Positions 50,863 through 59,404 of a stretch of 64,000 bases of DNA are shown piece by piece. This DNA comes from Fidelibacterota bacterium (lineage in GTDB: Bacteria > Fidelibacterota > Marinisomatia > Marinisomatales > TCS55), in assembly GCA_027251445.1 (NCBI GenBank), contig JAPNQO010000084.1, positions 1 to 64,000 on the forward strand, read 5' to 3'. A program made the translations under genes and the position numbers. Positions within the stretch are counted from its first letter, which is position 1. Each line of letters begins with the position of its first letter. Below the pieces are notes generated by a model. It had not been told where the DNA came from. It ran no database searches and saw only the letters and a program-made list of their open reading frames with translations.

Positions 50863-52464
50863 TTAAAAATTAAAACTTGTTTCTATTGCAGTAATATTTA
50901 TCATTTCATCAGGGCCATCAACTTTTCCATCACCATTTAAATCTCTATATGTTCTTTGAAAAGTATAATTTAATATCATTCCTGAACCAAGATCTACACC
51001 TATACGATAGCCCATCACTGTACTTTCAGATGGTTCAAACTTAAAAGGATTTGGAACATTTTGTTGCTGATAAAACCAACGTGCATATTTGATTTTGCTT
51101 ATTGATTTTGTCAAGCTAAGAGAAGCAACAAAATTTTTATTCTTATTTTCTTCAAAATCATCAATAGAATTATTCCATATCTCTCCTGTGAGATCTTGAT
51201 ATGCCGCTCCGGCTCTTAATAAGCTCCCTAACCTTATATTCAGACTGGCATAATAACCATTCTGTTTACCATAACGTCCTAAACGGCTTTCCTTAGTGAT
51301 AATCTGCATGCCTAAACTATCATTTGTGGAAAAAGATGCTCTTTCAATCTGGTAGGATCTATTCCAATAACCAAACTCAAATTGTCCTTTTGGTATCATC
51401 CTGTATTCAATATTAATCCTTGCAGGACCAAATGCAGTTGATATTCCTAAAGGTACTAAACCAGTTCCTAGAGATAGTTCTTCATTCCTCAGTAATGTTT
51501 TACCAAACATTTTTGCAGCTTGAGAATATATGTTGATAGATAAATTTTCTTGAGATATTAACGGGTATCCAAAATCAATTGCTATAGCTCCAACAGGATC
51601 TGAGTTTTTATTAATATTTAAAGGTTCTGAATCCAATTCTACATTGCCATCAGGTAATGAGTCGTAATATGATTCATTGCTAAAGTCTACACCAACTGTG
51701 TTTCCTAAAGCATCCCACCAAGCATGTATATCATCTAAATTTCCAGCATCAAGATAACCATCGCCATCTCTATCTAATTCATTTGGATCAAGATCAGCGA
51801 GTCCATCATCATCTGAATCCATAGAAAAATCTGAGTTTGAAGGGAATGCATCAATAATATCAGGGACGCCATCGCTATCAGCATCTCGCAATCCTAAGTA
51901 TTGATTACGATCAACTACAATTGATACTCCAATTGGTAAAGAACTAATTAAAGGAGATTTTACTCTTAATCCAGTAAGTCCAATATTTTCTTTAAAGTCG
52001 TTTACAAACCCCTGCACAGTCCCCAACTTCGTTTTAATCTTGTAGTCTAAGCCAACTTTTCTTACTTGAGGATATTGGATAGCATTGGAATAAGCATTAA
52101 CTAAAATTCCATACCCCAAATCAACTCTATCTAATGAACCAATTTTAAAATATAAAGGATCATTTTTTAATCCGTAACGAATGTAATAAATCTTGTCAAT
52201 AATCGTATTTTTTGTATTCTCAGGACTTGAAAAATCCCATTCGTCTTGATGAATATTACCATCTTGGTCAAAATAAAATACGAGATCAAGAGCAACCGCA
52301 AATTTCCCAAAAGGGACAACAGGTCTAAGAGCTATTTGATTCCAAACTTTACCATCAATAGTAACTGCTCCAAAGGCACCTTGCATTGAACGCGCATCCT
52401 GCGCATTGCATAAGCAAAGAAATAATATAACAGTTAAAATGGTAGTGGAACGGAAAATTATCAT
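50863..52464 (-). CDS. Putative outer-membrane beta-barrel protein with Asp-rich Ca-binding inserts
   Basis: Signal peptide, beta strands, C-terminal Phe and D-x-D-x-DG repeats. Confidence 0.65.
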   Translation of the reverse strand: MIIFRSTTILTVILFLCLCNAQDARSMQGAFGAVTIDGKVWNQIALRPVVPFGKFAVALDLVFYFDQDGNIHQDEWDFSSPENTKNTIIDKIYYIRYGLKNDPLYFKIGSLDRVDLGYGILVNAYSNAIQYPQVRKVGLDYKIKTKLGTVQGFVNDFKENIGLTGLRVKSPLISSLPIGVSIVVDRNQYLGLRDADSDGVPDIIDAFPSNSDFSMDSDDDGLADLDPNELDRDGDGYLDAGNLDDIHAWWDALGNTVGVDFSNESYYDSLPDGNVELDSEPLNINKNSDPVGAIAIDFGYPLISQENLSINIYSQAAKMFGKTLLRNEELSLGTGLVPLGISTAFGPARINIEYRMIPKGQFEFGYWNRSYQIERASFSTNDSLGMQIITKESRLGRYGKQNGYYASLNIRLGSLLRAGAAYQDLTGEIWNNSIDDFEENKNKNFVASLSLTKSISKIKYARWFYQQQNVPNPFKFEPSESTVMGYRIGVDLGSGMILNYTFQRTYRDLNGDGKVDGPDEMINITAIETSFNF

Positions 52465-52526
52465 TAATAATCCTTTAACAAAATTACCGTTTGCCTATTC
52501 CCTATTCAATGATTAATTGAGTAAGT

Positions 52527-52844
52527 TTGAATATGCAAAAAATTAAAATAAATCAAACAGAAGATATTTTATCACTGTCTCGTGATGAGATTAAGGATTA
52601 CATCCTTTCATTACAGGTATATATTCATCAAAAATTAGATTCAGGTATTACAATTGATGATATATTAGATGAAGAAGATCCATTTGAAATAATTGAGCCT
52701 TTATTACAGCGCGAAGAATTTCCTATTTTTGTTTTAACTATTATTAATAAGATTCAAAGTGATACAGTTATAAATACCTTACTTGATTCTATAGAAAAAG
52801 GAATAAAGGAAAAGTCAGATACTCGATTATCTAATCAAAGATAA
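52527..52844 (+). CDS. Hypothetical acidic cytoplasmic protein
   Basis: Fills the gap; helical and acidic; tail overlaps the convergent gene by 18 nt. Confidence 0.65.
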   Translation: MNMQKIKINQTEDILSLSRDEIKDYILSLQVYIHQKLDSGITIDDILDEEDPFEIIEPLLQREEFPIFVLTIINKIQSDTVINTLLDSIEKGIKEKSDTRLSNQR

Positions 52845-55280
52845 TTTCTGAGTTAAAATACTCCCATCAACATTAAGAATAATAAAATATATACCTGAAC
52901 TCATATTTACACCACTATCACTGGTACCATTCCAATTAACATTATAAGTGCCAGAATCTAAACTATTACTCAAAAGATTAGCTATTCCACGTCCATTAAT
53001 GTCGACTATTTGTAATTTGACTTTGGATGACTTTGGAAGATCGAAGGATATTTTTGTATTTGGGTTAAATGGGTTAGGATAGCTGGGATTAAGGGTCAAC
53101 TTATTAGGAATATTATTTATGTTCGAATCAGTATTTACATTTGGTGGCATATCTTGGTTTAGGACTAAATTAATGTCATCAACATACCAACCCTGACTTT
53201 CATCTGATAAATCTGAAGTCATTAAAAGTCTAAAATATAATTCCTCTTCATTCAAATAAGAGTTTAAGTTGATATATCTTTCAAACATTTCTTGATTATT
53301 CCATGAACTTACAGTCATAATATTAGTCCAGTTAGGACTATCCCCTCTTTTCACTTGAACATATCCATAGTCGCCGGGCCTCAATAACTCACCTGATTTA
53401 AATTTTATATAAGCTTTAGTAAAATGCGTTAGATTAATTGGTTCTATTAAATAACATGCATTATATGCATTAGGAGAGTATAGTCCATTCGGACTATCAT
53501 TGATGGCCCATTTTATTATGTGATTTACATATTGTCGTCCCCAATCTCTCAAATCCCATGCGTCCATTGATGACTCATTCTCAAAATTTCCTAACGCGTA
53601 CTGATCAGAAATATAAAAATGATTTTCATCTGATTGAGACTGATTTGACTGTGAAGAAGCATCTGTAGCAACTGCCCAATACTGAATAGCTGTTCCTGGG
53701 GCAATACCATTATAAGAAATTGAACCTACATATACCGCACCTAAATCCTGGTCATGTGATTCTTCACAAACAATAGATTGTATTTGATTATCTCCTGCTT
53801 GCCAGAAAAGCTCTACACTATTTATCCCAATGTTATCAGACGCGATAGAAATAACGTCAAAGGATCCAGACGGGTAAAATTGATCTTCAACTTGTGTAAT
53901 TAATTCAACTTCAGGAGATACATTATCTATTCCAATATTAAATTTATATGATGAGAATGGAGCACCATATGGTTTGGTAACTCGTTCACCATTTTGAGTA
54001 TTAAATGCCATATAATAATGCATTATTCCATTTTCTCCTGAGGGAGTAAGGCTACCTACATAACTATTTCCAGCTGAAGTCAAAGAGGCCGAATCTGTTA
54101 TCATTCCATCAATTCCCCAGTATAGCTTAAAGCTTGAATAATCCACGGAGTAATCAGGACTTTCATTAATTGTAACATTAAAACTTAAAGGGTCAATATT
54201 ATTCTCAGTATCGTTTAATTCTTCAAAGTTAATTTCTCCCATAAAGGGATAGCTCATAATGAAAAATCCATTACCAGAATAGTCAGTGGAATAAATCAAA
54301 CCATTTTCTGTCAATGGGTATGTTCCCCAATTTCCACTATATAGACCACTTTGACCTGGATACCAATCATAATAGCCTACTTCAGTAGGATTATAAGGAT
54401 CAGAAATATCCAGAATTCTAGTTCCATACACATAATATGAAATGTATAATAAATCACCTTTTATCAATACATTATGTACTGATTTGTCTTCCGCATCCAC
54501 TTCATCAGGATACCAAGTTGAAACTAAATTTATATTGTCAAAATCTTGAATATCAAAAATATATACATATCCTCCAGCTTCTTCATCTCCAGTAACTACA
54601 TATTTTGAATCATCAGTAACCCATACTGCATGACAACCATAATTACTATAATTATGTTCAACAAGGTTTATTGGATTTGATTTAATTGACACATCAATTA
54701 TATATAAAGTACCATTATAAATTCCACATCCATATAGTGTATCGTTTTTTACAAATCCATCATGAAAATAGTCATCTTCCCAAGAACCAACCTCAACAGG
54801 ATTAATTGGATTATCAAGGCTTAGGATCCTGCATCCCCCTTCATCAGCATTAGAGCCAAATATATATGCAAAGCCATCAGAAATAAACAAATTATGAGCA
54901 GTAGTAAATGTCGCGGTGTACTCACCAACCTTATATGGGTTAAATGGATCCTCAAGACTGATAATATCCATCCCACCCCCAGTTTCATTGGTTACATAAC
55001 AATAATAGCCATGAGTTTTTAAATCTCTCCATGTGGATGTAGCTCCTGCGATAAAGCCTACTTCTATAGGGTCATGAGGGTTAGTTGATACATCATATAT
55101 GTAGGTTCCAGATCGATGGCCTACTAAAGCAAATTCATGCCCATCTGGGGCAGTATAGCCCCACACATCATTGCATGTTCCTAAATCAACATTTACAATA
55201 GGTCTAATATTATAAATATCAACTTGTTGCGCATGAACAGACGCAAATATGATTAAATTCAGTATGTATTTATTGTACAT
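52827..55280 (-). CDS. Secreted LVIVD-repeat (choice-of-anchor B-like) protein with T9SS/FlgD-type C-terminal domain
   Basis: Signal peptide, NDVWGY...E-x-A-x-VG, WRD-x-K, D-x-S-x-P-x-x-P repeats and YPNPFNP CTD. Confidence 0.85.
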   Translation of the reverse strand: MYNKYILNLIIFASVHAQQVDIYNIRPIVNVDLGTCNDVWGYTAPDGHEFALVGHRSGTYIYDVSTNPHDPIEVGFIAGATSTWRDLKTHGYYCYVTNETGGGMDIISLEDPFNPYKVGEYTATFTTAHNLFISDGFAYIFGSNADEGGCRILSLDNPINPVEVGSWEDDYFHDGFVKNDTLYGCGIYNGTLYIIDVSIKSNPINLVEHNYSNYGCHAVWVTDDSKYVVTGDEEAGGYVYIFDIQDFDNINLVSTWYPDEVDAEDKSVHNVLIKGDLLYISYYVYGTRILDISDPYNPTEVGYYDWYPGQSGLYSGNWGTYPLTENGLIYSTDYSGNGFFIMSYPFMGEINFEELNDTENNIDPLSFNVTINESPDYSVDYSSFKLYWGIDGMITDSASLTSAGNSYVGSLTPSGENGIMHYYMAFNTQNGERVTKPYGAPFSSYKFNIGIDNVSPEVELITQVEDQFYPSGSFDVISIASDNIGINSVELFWQAGDNQIQSIVCEESHDQDLGAVYVGSISYNGIAPGTAIQYWAVATDASSQSNQSQSDENHFYISDQYALGNFENESSMDAWDLRDWGRQYVNHIIKWAINDSPNGLYSPNAYNACYLIEPINLTHFTKAYIKFKSGELLRPGDYGYVQVKRGDSPNWTNIMTVSSWNNQEMFERYINLNSYLNEEELYFRLLMTSDLSDESQGWYVDDINLVLNQDMPPNVNTDSNINNIPNKLTLNPSYPNPFNPNTKISFDLPKSSKVKLQIVDINGRGIANLLSNSLDSGTYNVNWNGTSDSGVNMSSGIYFIILNVDGSILTQKLSLIR

Positions 55281-55331
55281 TAAAAGATCTTGACTTGATC
55301 ATGACAAAATTACATCTAATTATTATAGAAA

Positions 55332-55952
55332 ATGAATCCAATTAAATTTTATCTAATTCTATTATTTTTTGCTATTCAATCTTTTGCTGCAGATATAAAA
55401 ATTACTGATATCAAAATAAATAGCAAAAAAAACGGTGTTTTCTTAACAATTAGTTCTAATCAACCTTTATCTAGAGCAACAGTGACTGGATGGTATTCTG
55501 AAAACGGTTGGTTTTACACTACAATCATGAATGCTCGAATTGACACTAATATGGTAGAGACAATTAAAACTCCATCTATAGTTAATAAAATCAATCTACA
55601 TAATACTAGTGAATCCGTTCAGATTTCTATAAAGGTACCTTTGATAGAAATGCATGATTTTTTTGATTCTGACAATCCAAATGAATTAATGCTTGCTTTA
55701 CGTTTTCCTATTTCATCCATAGAAACTGTTTTATCAGAAGCAAAATCAGTACATGAATCAAATTTGGACATGCAAACTGCATTCAATTATAATCAAATAA
55801 GAAATGCAGCACTTTTAGTTGGCGCTTCATTATCAATAGCTGGAATTATTAGTAGTGATGAACAGGAAACAATAAGATGGGAATTTATTACTGGAGTAGG
55901 ATTACTAATTGCTACTTACCTATATGACCGCTACATTCAATTAATTAAGTAA
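55332..55952 (+). CDS. Exported AMIN-like domain protein with two C-terminal TM helices
   Basis: Signal peptide (SFA-A), beta-sandwich pattern and two hydrophobic C-terminal segments. Confidence 0.6.
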   Translation: MNPIKFYLILLFFAIQSFAADIKITDIKINSKKNGVFLTISSNQPLSRATVTGWYSENGWFYTTIMNARIDTNMVETIKTPSIVNKINLHNTSESVQISIKVPLIEMHDFFDSDNPNELMLALRFPISSIETVLSEAKSVHESNLDMQTAFNYNQIRNAALLVGASLSIAGIISSDEQETIRWEFITGVGLLIATYLYDRYIQLIK

Positions 55953-56080
55953 TGGGTGAACTTTTACCTTACTATGCGCTATTTTATGCATTTGGTCTTT
56001 TATTAATGGCCTTATTTGTAAGGTTATTTTGGAGCAAAAAGAAAGAGAATGATATTAATAGAATTATTAAAAAAAAATAA
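55952..56080 (+). CDS. Small single-TM protein, 42 aa (not in the ORF track)
   Basis: TAATG overlap; MGELLPYYALFYAFGLLLMALFVRLFWSKKKENDINRIIKKK*. Confidence 0.55.
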   Translation: MGELLPYYALFYAFGLLLMALFVRLFWSKKKENDINRIIKKK

Positions 56081-56435
56081 CCTATCATATTATTTCATTT
56101 TTATAATATTTATCATTTTTCAATCATGTTCTTCAAAACCTATAAATACTAAGCCTGCAAATATCCAATCCGAAAAAAATAGTATTGAATTATTGCGTAT
56201 TGATCGTAAATCGAAAAAAATATCTGATGATGAATATTATTTGTTCTTAACATATTCCGTATTTTCACCTGAATCTCTTCCTGTAAATTATAAAGGAACA
56301 ATTGGGCCAAAAGATGGAACTCCAGTGATCATTGAAGTTCAACGTGCTTTTCATAATATAAACCCTGAAAATCAAAGAATTATACGTCAGTGGATTCGTC
56401 CACTTCCAAAAAAACCAACTAAGAGGCAACCATGA
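56049..56435 (+). CDS. Lipoprotein resembling a metalloprotease pro-domain
   Basis: Lipobox FQSC; ATGA overlap with the protease gene; KDGTP motif. Confidence 0.7.
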   Translation: MILIELLKKNNLSYYFIFIIFIIFQSCSSKPINTKPANIQSEKNSIELLRIDRKSKKISDDEYYLFLTYSVFSPESLPVNYKGTIGPKDGTPVIIEVQRAFHNINPENQRIIRQWIRPLPKKPTKRQP

Positions 56436-58198
56436 AAAAAACAACGTTTCTTTTAATCATTCTATTGGAATTATCTTTTGGAAAACTTCCTGGAAATATT
56501 GATCAATCTGTGGAAATTGTTATACAAGCATTTTCCGGATATAATCAAGAAAGATGTATATCACCGCATTTAAGAAATGTCGCTTTGTATGGTAACCAGT
56601 TAAATGCCGAACAAAAATTAAACTTAGGAGAAATAGGCTTCTATTTTGATGGGGATATAGCCAGCCGTTCCTCTGAAGATCGTGCTGAGAGTGAAGGGCT
56701 TGATCAGACACTTGATAATGGTTATTTCCGTTTTCATTATACTACATCCGGAACACATGCTATCGCAAATAGTGATACAAATAATAATAGTATTCCAGAT
56801 TATATTGATCAAATGGTAGATGTTTTTGCTCATGTTGCATCAATACAATTGGACAGTTTTCTATATTCTGAGCCTCCTTCTGATAGTTGGTATCCTGCAA
56901 ACTCAGATAATGGCGGTTCAAATCACTATGATGTATATATTCGTAATTTACAATCAAATGTATATGGATATGTTTCTCCGGAAAACTTTGCCCAATCTGG
57001 AAGTTTTGGGGATAATGAAAATAGTTCAACAACAGAATTAAATGCATTAAATAGTTATATGGCTCTTCGAAATAACTACAATGGTTTTCCTGGAACAGAA
57101 GAAGAAAGTATTAAAGTGACGGCTGCACATGAATTTCATCATGCTGTCCAGTCTGGGTATGATGGTTTTGAAGCACAATGGCTTATGGAAGCAACCGCTG
57201 TTTCCATGGAAGAACAAGTTTATGATGAAATCAATGATTGTTATCAATATTTACCATCTTGGTTCAATGAACCTCATAAATCATTAGATGATCAAAGTGA
57301 CCACTGGTATGGATCATTTATTTACCCCCAATATATTTACGAACATTTAGGAGGATATCTCACTTTAAGAAAAATATGGCAAAAAAGTATTTTGAATGAT
57401 AGTTACTATGGCGATTACAGTCATCGAGCAATTTCTTTAGCATTATCTAGCGAAGGATCTTCTTTTAAGGATGCTTTAAACAAAATGGTAGTTGCAAATA
57501 GAGTAATGTCTTCGAATAGTAACGCTGGGGTATTTACATATGAAGAAGCAGAAGCATACCCTGTTAGTGGGCCAACAACATTTACAGAAATCACGTATAC
57601 GGCTGGAACCCCTCAGTCTGTAACAAGTACAAACCTTAATCGCTTTGCAAGTCAGTATACTCGTTTAATTAGCAATGATCCTGTTATCGCATCCTTATCA
57701 AATACTACTGGTCCTGATTCAGATCTAAATATGCACGCTATTATTTCTTATGAAGATAATTCATGGACAGTATACTCTGGTAATGAAATCAATATTGATC
57801 CAACGGGTGCTAGTTCAGTTTATCTGGCTATAGTCAGTCAGGATACAAGTGGAAATAATTGGGATTATCAAGTAGATATATCAGATGGTGAGCTATCAAT
57901 AGAAGACCAGAATATACCAAGCTCTATTTCTGTTTCTCAAAATTACCCAAACCCGTTTAACCCTTCAACTTCATTCAATGTAGAAATTCCTTTCCAACAG
58001 CATCTTAGAATTAATATTATATCTGTAAATGGTAAGCGCATAAGACAAATAGCAAATAAATCGTATCCTGAGGGTAATATATTATTTCAATGGGATGGTC
58101 GTACTGAATCAGGAAAACTTGCATCTTCTGGTCAGTATTTTATAGTAGTTGAAGGAGACAATTTTCAGCGTTGGATAAACACAACAATGTTAAAATAA
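56432..58198 (+). CDS. Secreted gluzincin metalloprotease (MXAN_6640-like) with T9SS/FlgD-type CTD
   Basis: Signal peptide, FRFHYT, NSIPDY, AHEFHHAVQ, WLMEATA and NYPNPFNP. Confidence 0.88.
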   Translation: MKKTTFLLIILLELSFGKLPGNIDQSVEIVIQAFSGYNQERCISPHLRNVALYGNQLNAEQKLNLGEIGFYFDGDIASRSSEDRAESEGLDQTLDNGYFRFHYTTSGTHAIANSDTNNNSIPDYIDQMVDVFAHVASIQLDSFLYSEPPSDSWYPANSDNGGSNHYDVYIRNLQSNVYGYVSPENFAQSGSFGDNENSSTTELNALNSYMALRNNYNGFPGTEEESIKVTAAHEFHHAVQSGYDGFEAQWLMEATAVSMEEQVYDEINDCYQYLPSWFNEPHKSLDDQSDHWYGSFIYPQYIYEHLGGYLTLRKIWQKSILNDSYYGDYSHRAISLALSSEGSSFKDALNKMVVANRVMSSNSNAGVFTYEEAEAYPVSGPTTFTEITYTAGTPQSVTSTNLNRFASQYTRLISNDPVIASLSNTTGPDSDLNMHAIISYEDNSWTVYSGNEINIDPTGASSVYLAIVSQDTSGNNWDYQVDISDGELSIEDQNIPSSISVSQNYPNPFNPSTSFNVEIPFQQHLRINIISVNGKRIRQIANKSYPEGNILFQWDGRTESGKLASSGQYFIVVEGDNFQRWINTTMLK

Positions 58199-58199
58199 T

Positions 58200-59132
58200 T
58201 TAGCTCATTAATAGCTTTCTTAAATCTTCAAGATATCTTTCGTAATCTTTTACTGATTTCTCAAAGCGAATTTCATATTTTTCTTTAAACTCAGGACTAT
58301 TTTTTAAATATACTCTTCCACCCTTTTCTTTTTCTGCAATTTTATCAAAATTTAAAAATAACTTATCTAAACCATCTAGACGCTTATTAATAATTTCAAC
58401 TTTATTTAATTGTTTACTTATTTTATCAAGATGATCTGCTTCATTTGTTATTGCATCTACTAGATCTGCAGTTAATTTGTTAATAGACAGCTGAAATTTT
58501 TCTCTTTTATCATAAAGTTCTTCTGTTATAAAAAACCATTCATCTTTCTGTTCTTTTATAAAAACTAATTCCATATCTCTCTTTGATAATGCTTTTCTAA
58601 TCTTAGAAATAGATTCTTCGTATGCGACTTTTCTTAAGATAATAGCATCATCAAGAATAATGAATTGTTGTTGATAAGTATTTTCTTTACCAGGAATTTT
58701 TGAATCAATATTTATTTTCCTACTCTTTTGCACTCTAATTATAAGTTTTTTCTCTTTTTTTGCATTAGATAGAATATTTTGATGTGCAGCGGCCATAACA
58801 GATAAATTAGCATCTAAGAATTCAAATAATTGAAAGTCATTACCTCGAGCATCATTGATTAATCTTCTAAGTGACTTTTTTATTGATTTTAATTCTTTTG
58901 ATTTATCTTGAACCCAAGTACGGTGATTACGCACTTGAGATTCCATAGCGTGTATATCAACGAACTGCTTAGAATTGGATGGTAAAAGTTTTCCTAATTT
59001 TTGTGAAAGATTTGATGATTTTGTTTGTGAAGTAATATTGTTAAAGAAACTTGTTACAGGATTAGTACCAGAGCAACCTATATAAAAAAACAAAAGTCCT
59101 ATAGATAAGGACTTTTTAAGGTTGAGATTCAT
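58200..59132 (-). CDS. Hypothetical coiled-coil lipoprotein
   Basis: Lipobox YIGC; all-helical with heptad pattern. Confidence 0.7.
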   Translation of the reverse strand: MNLNLKKSLSIGLLFFYIGCSGTNPVTSFFNNITSQTKSSNLSQKLGKLLPSNSKQFVDIHAMESQVRNHRTWVQDKSKELKSIKKSLRRLINDARGNDFQLFEFLDANLSVMAAAHQNILSNAKKEKKLIIRVQKSRKINIDSKIPGKENTYQQQFIILDDAIILRKVAYEESISKIRKALSKRDMELVFIKEQKDEWFFITEELYDKREKFQLSINKLTADLVDAITNEADHLDKISKQLNKVEIINKRLDGLDKLFLNFDKIAEKEKGGRVYLKNSPEFKEKYEIRFEKSVKDYERYLEDLRKLLMS

Positions 59133-59146
59133 TATATATAAACTAT

Positions 59147-59404
59147 TCAGTCTTTAACCCGCAATAGTTTATCTAATTCTCCTGATTGATTTAAGGAAAA
59201 TAATTGTGAATAACCTCCAATAACTTTTTCATTAATAATTATTTGGGGCACGGTACGCCCCCCTGTAACATCATACAGATCTTCTCTTGACATATCATTT
59301 TTTTCAATATCAATTTCTTTATAAATCACATTTTTATCATCTAACAATTGTTTCGCATTCTTGCATGGAACACACCATTCTGTTGAATAAATTATTATAC
59401 TCAT
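59147..59404 (-). CDS. Glutaredoxin (GrxC-like)
   Basis: WCVPC, TVPQI and IGGY. Confidence 0.9.
   Translation of the reverse strand: MSIIIYSTEWCVPCKNAKQLLDDKNVIYKEIDIEKNDMSREDLYDVTGGRTVPQIIINEKVIGGYSQLFSLNQSGELDKLLRVKD

Noticed and set aside
56520..57247. Five short ORFs nested in the metalloprotease
   Set aside because: Alternative-frame noise within a well-supported CDS
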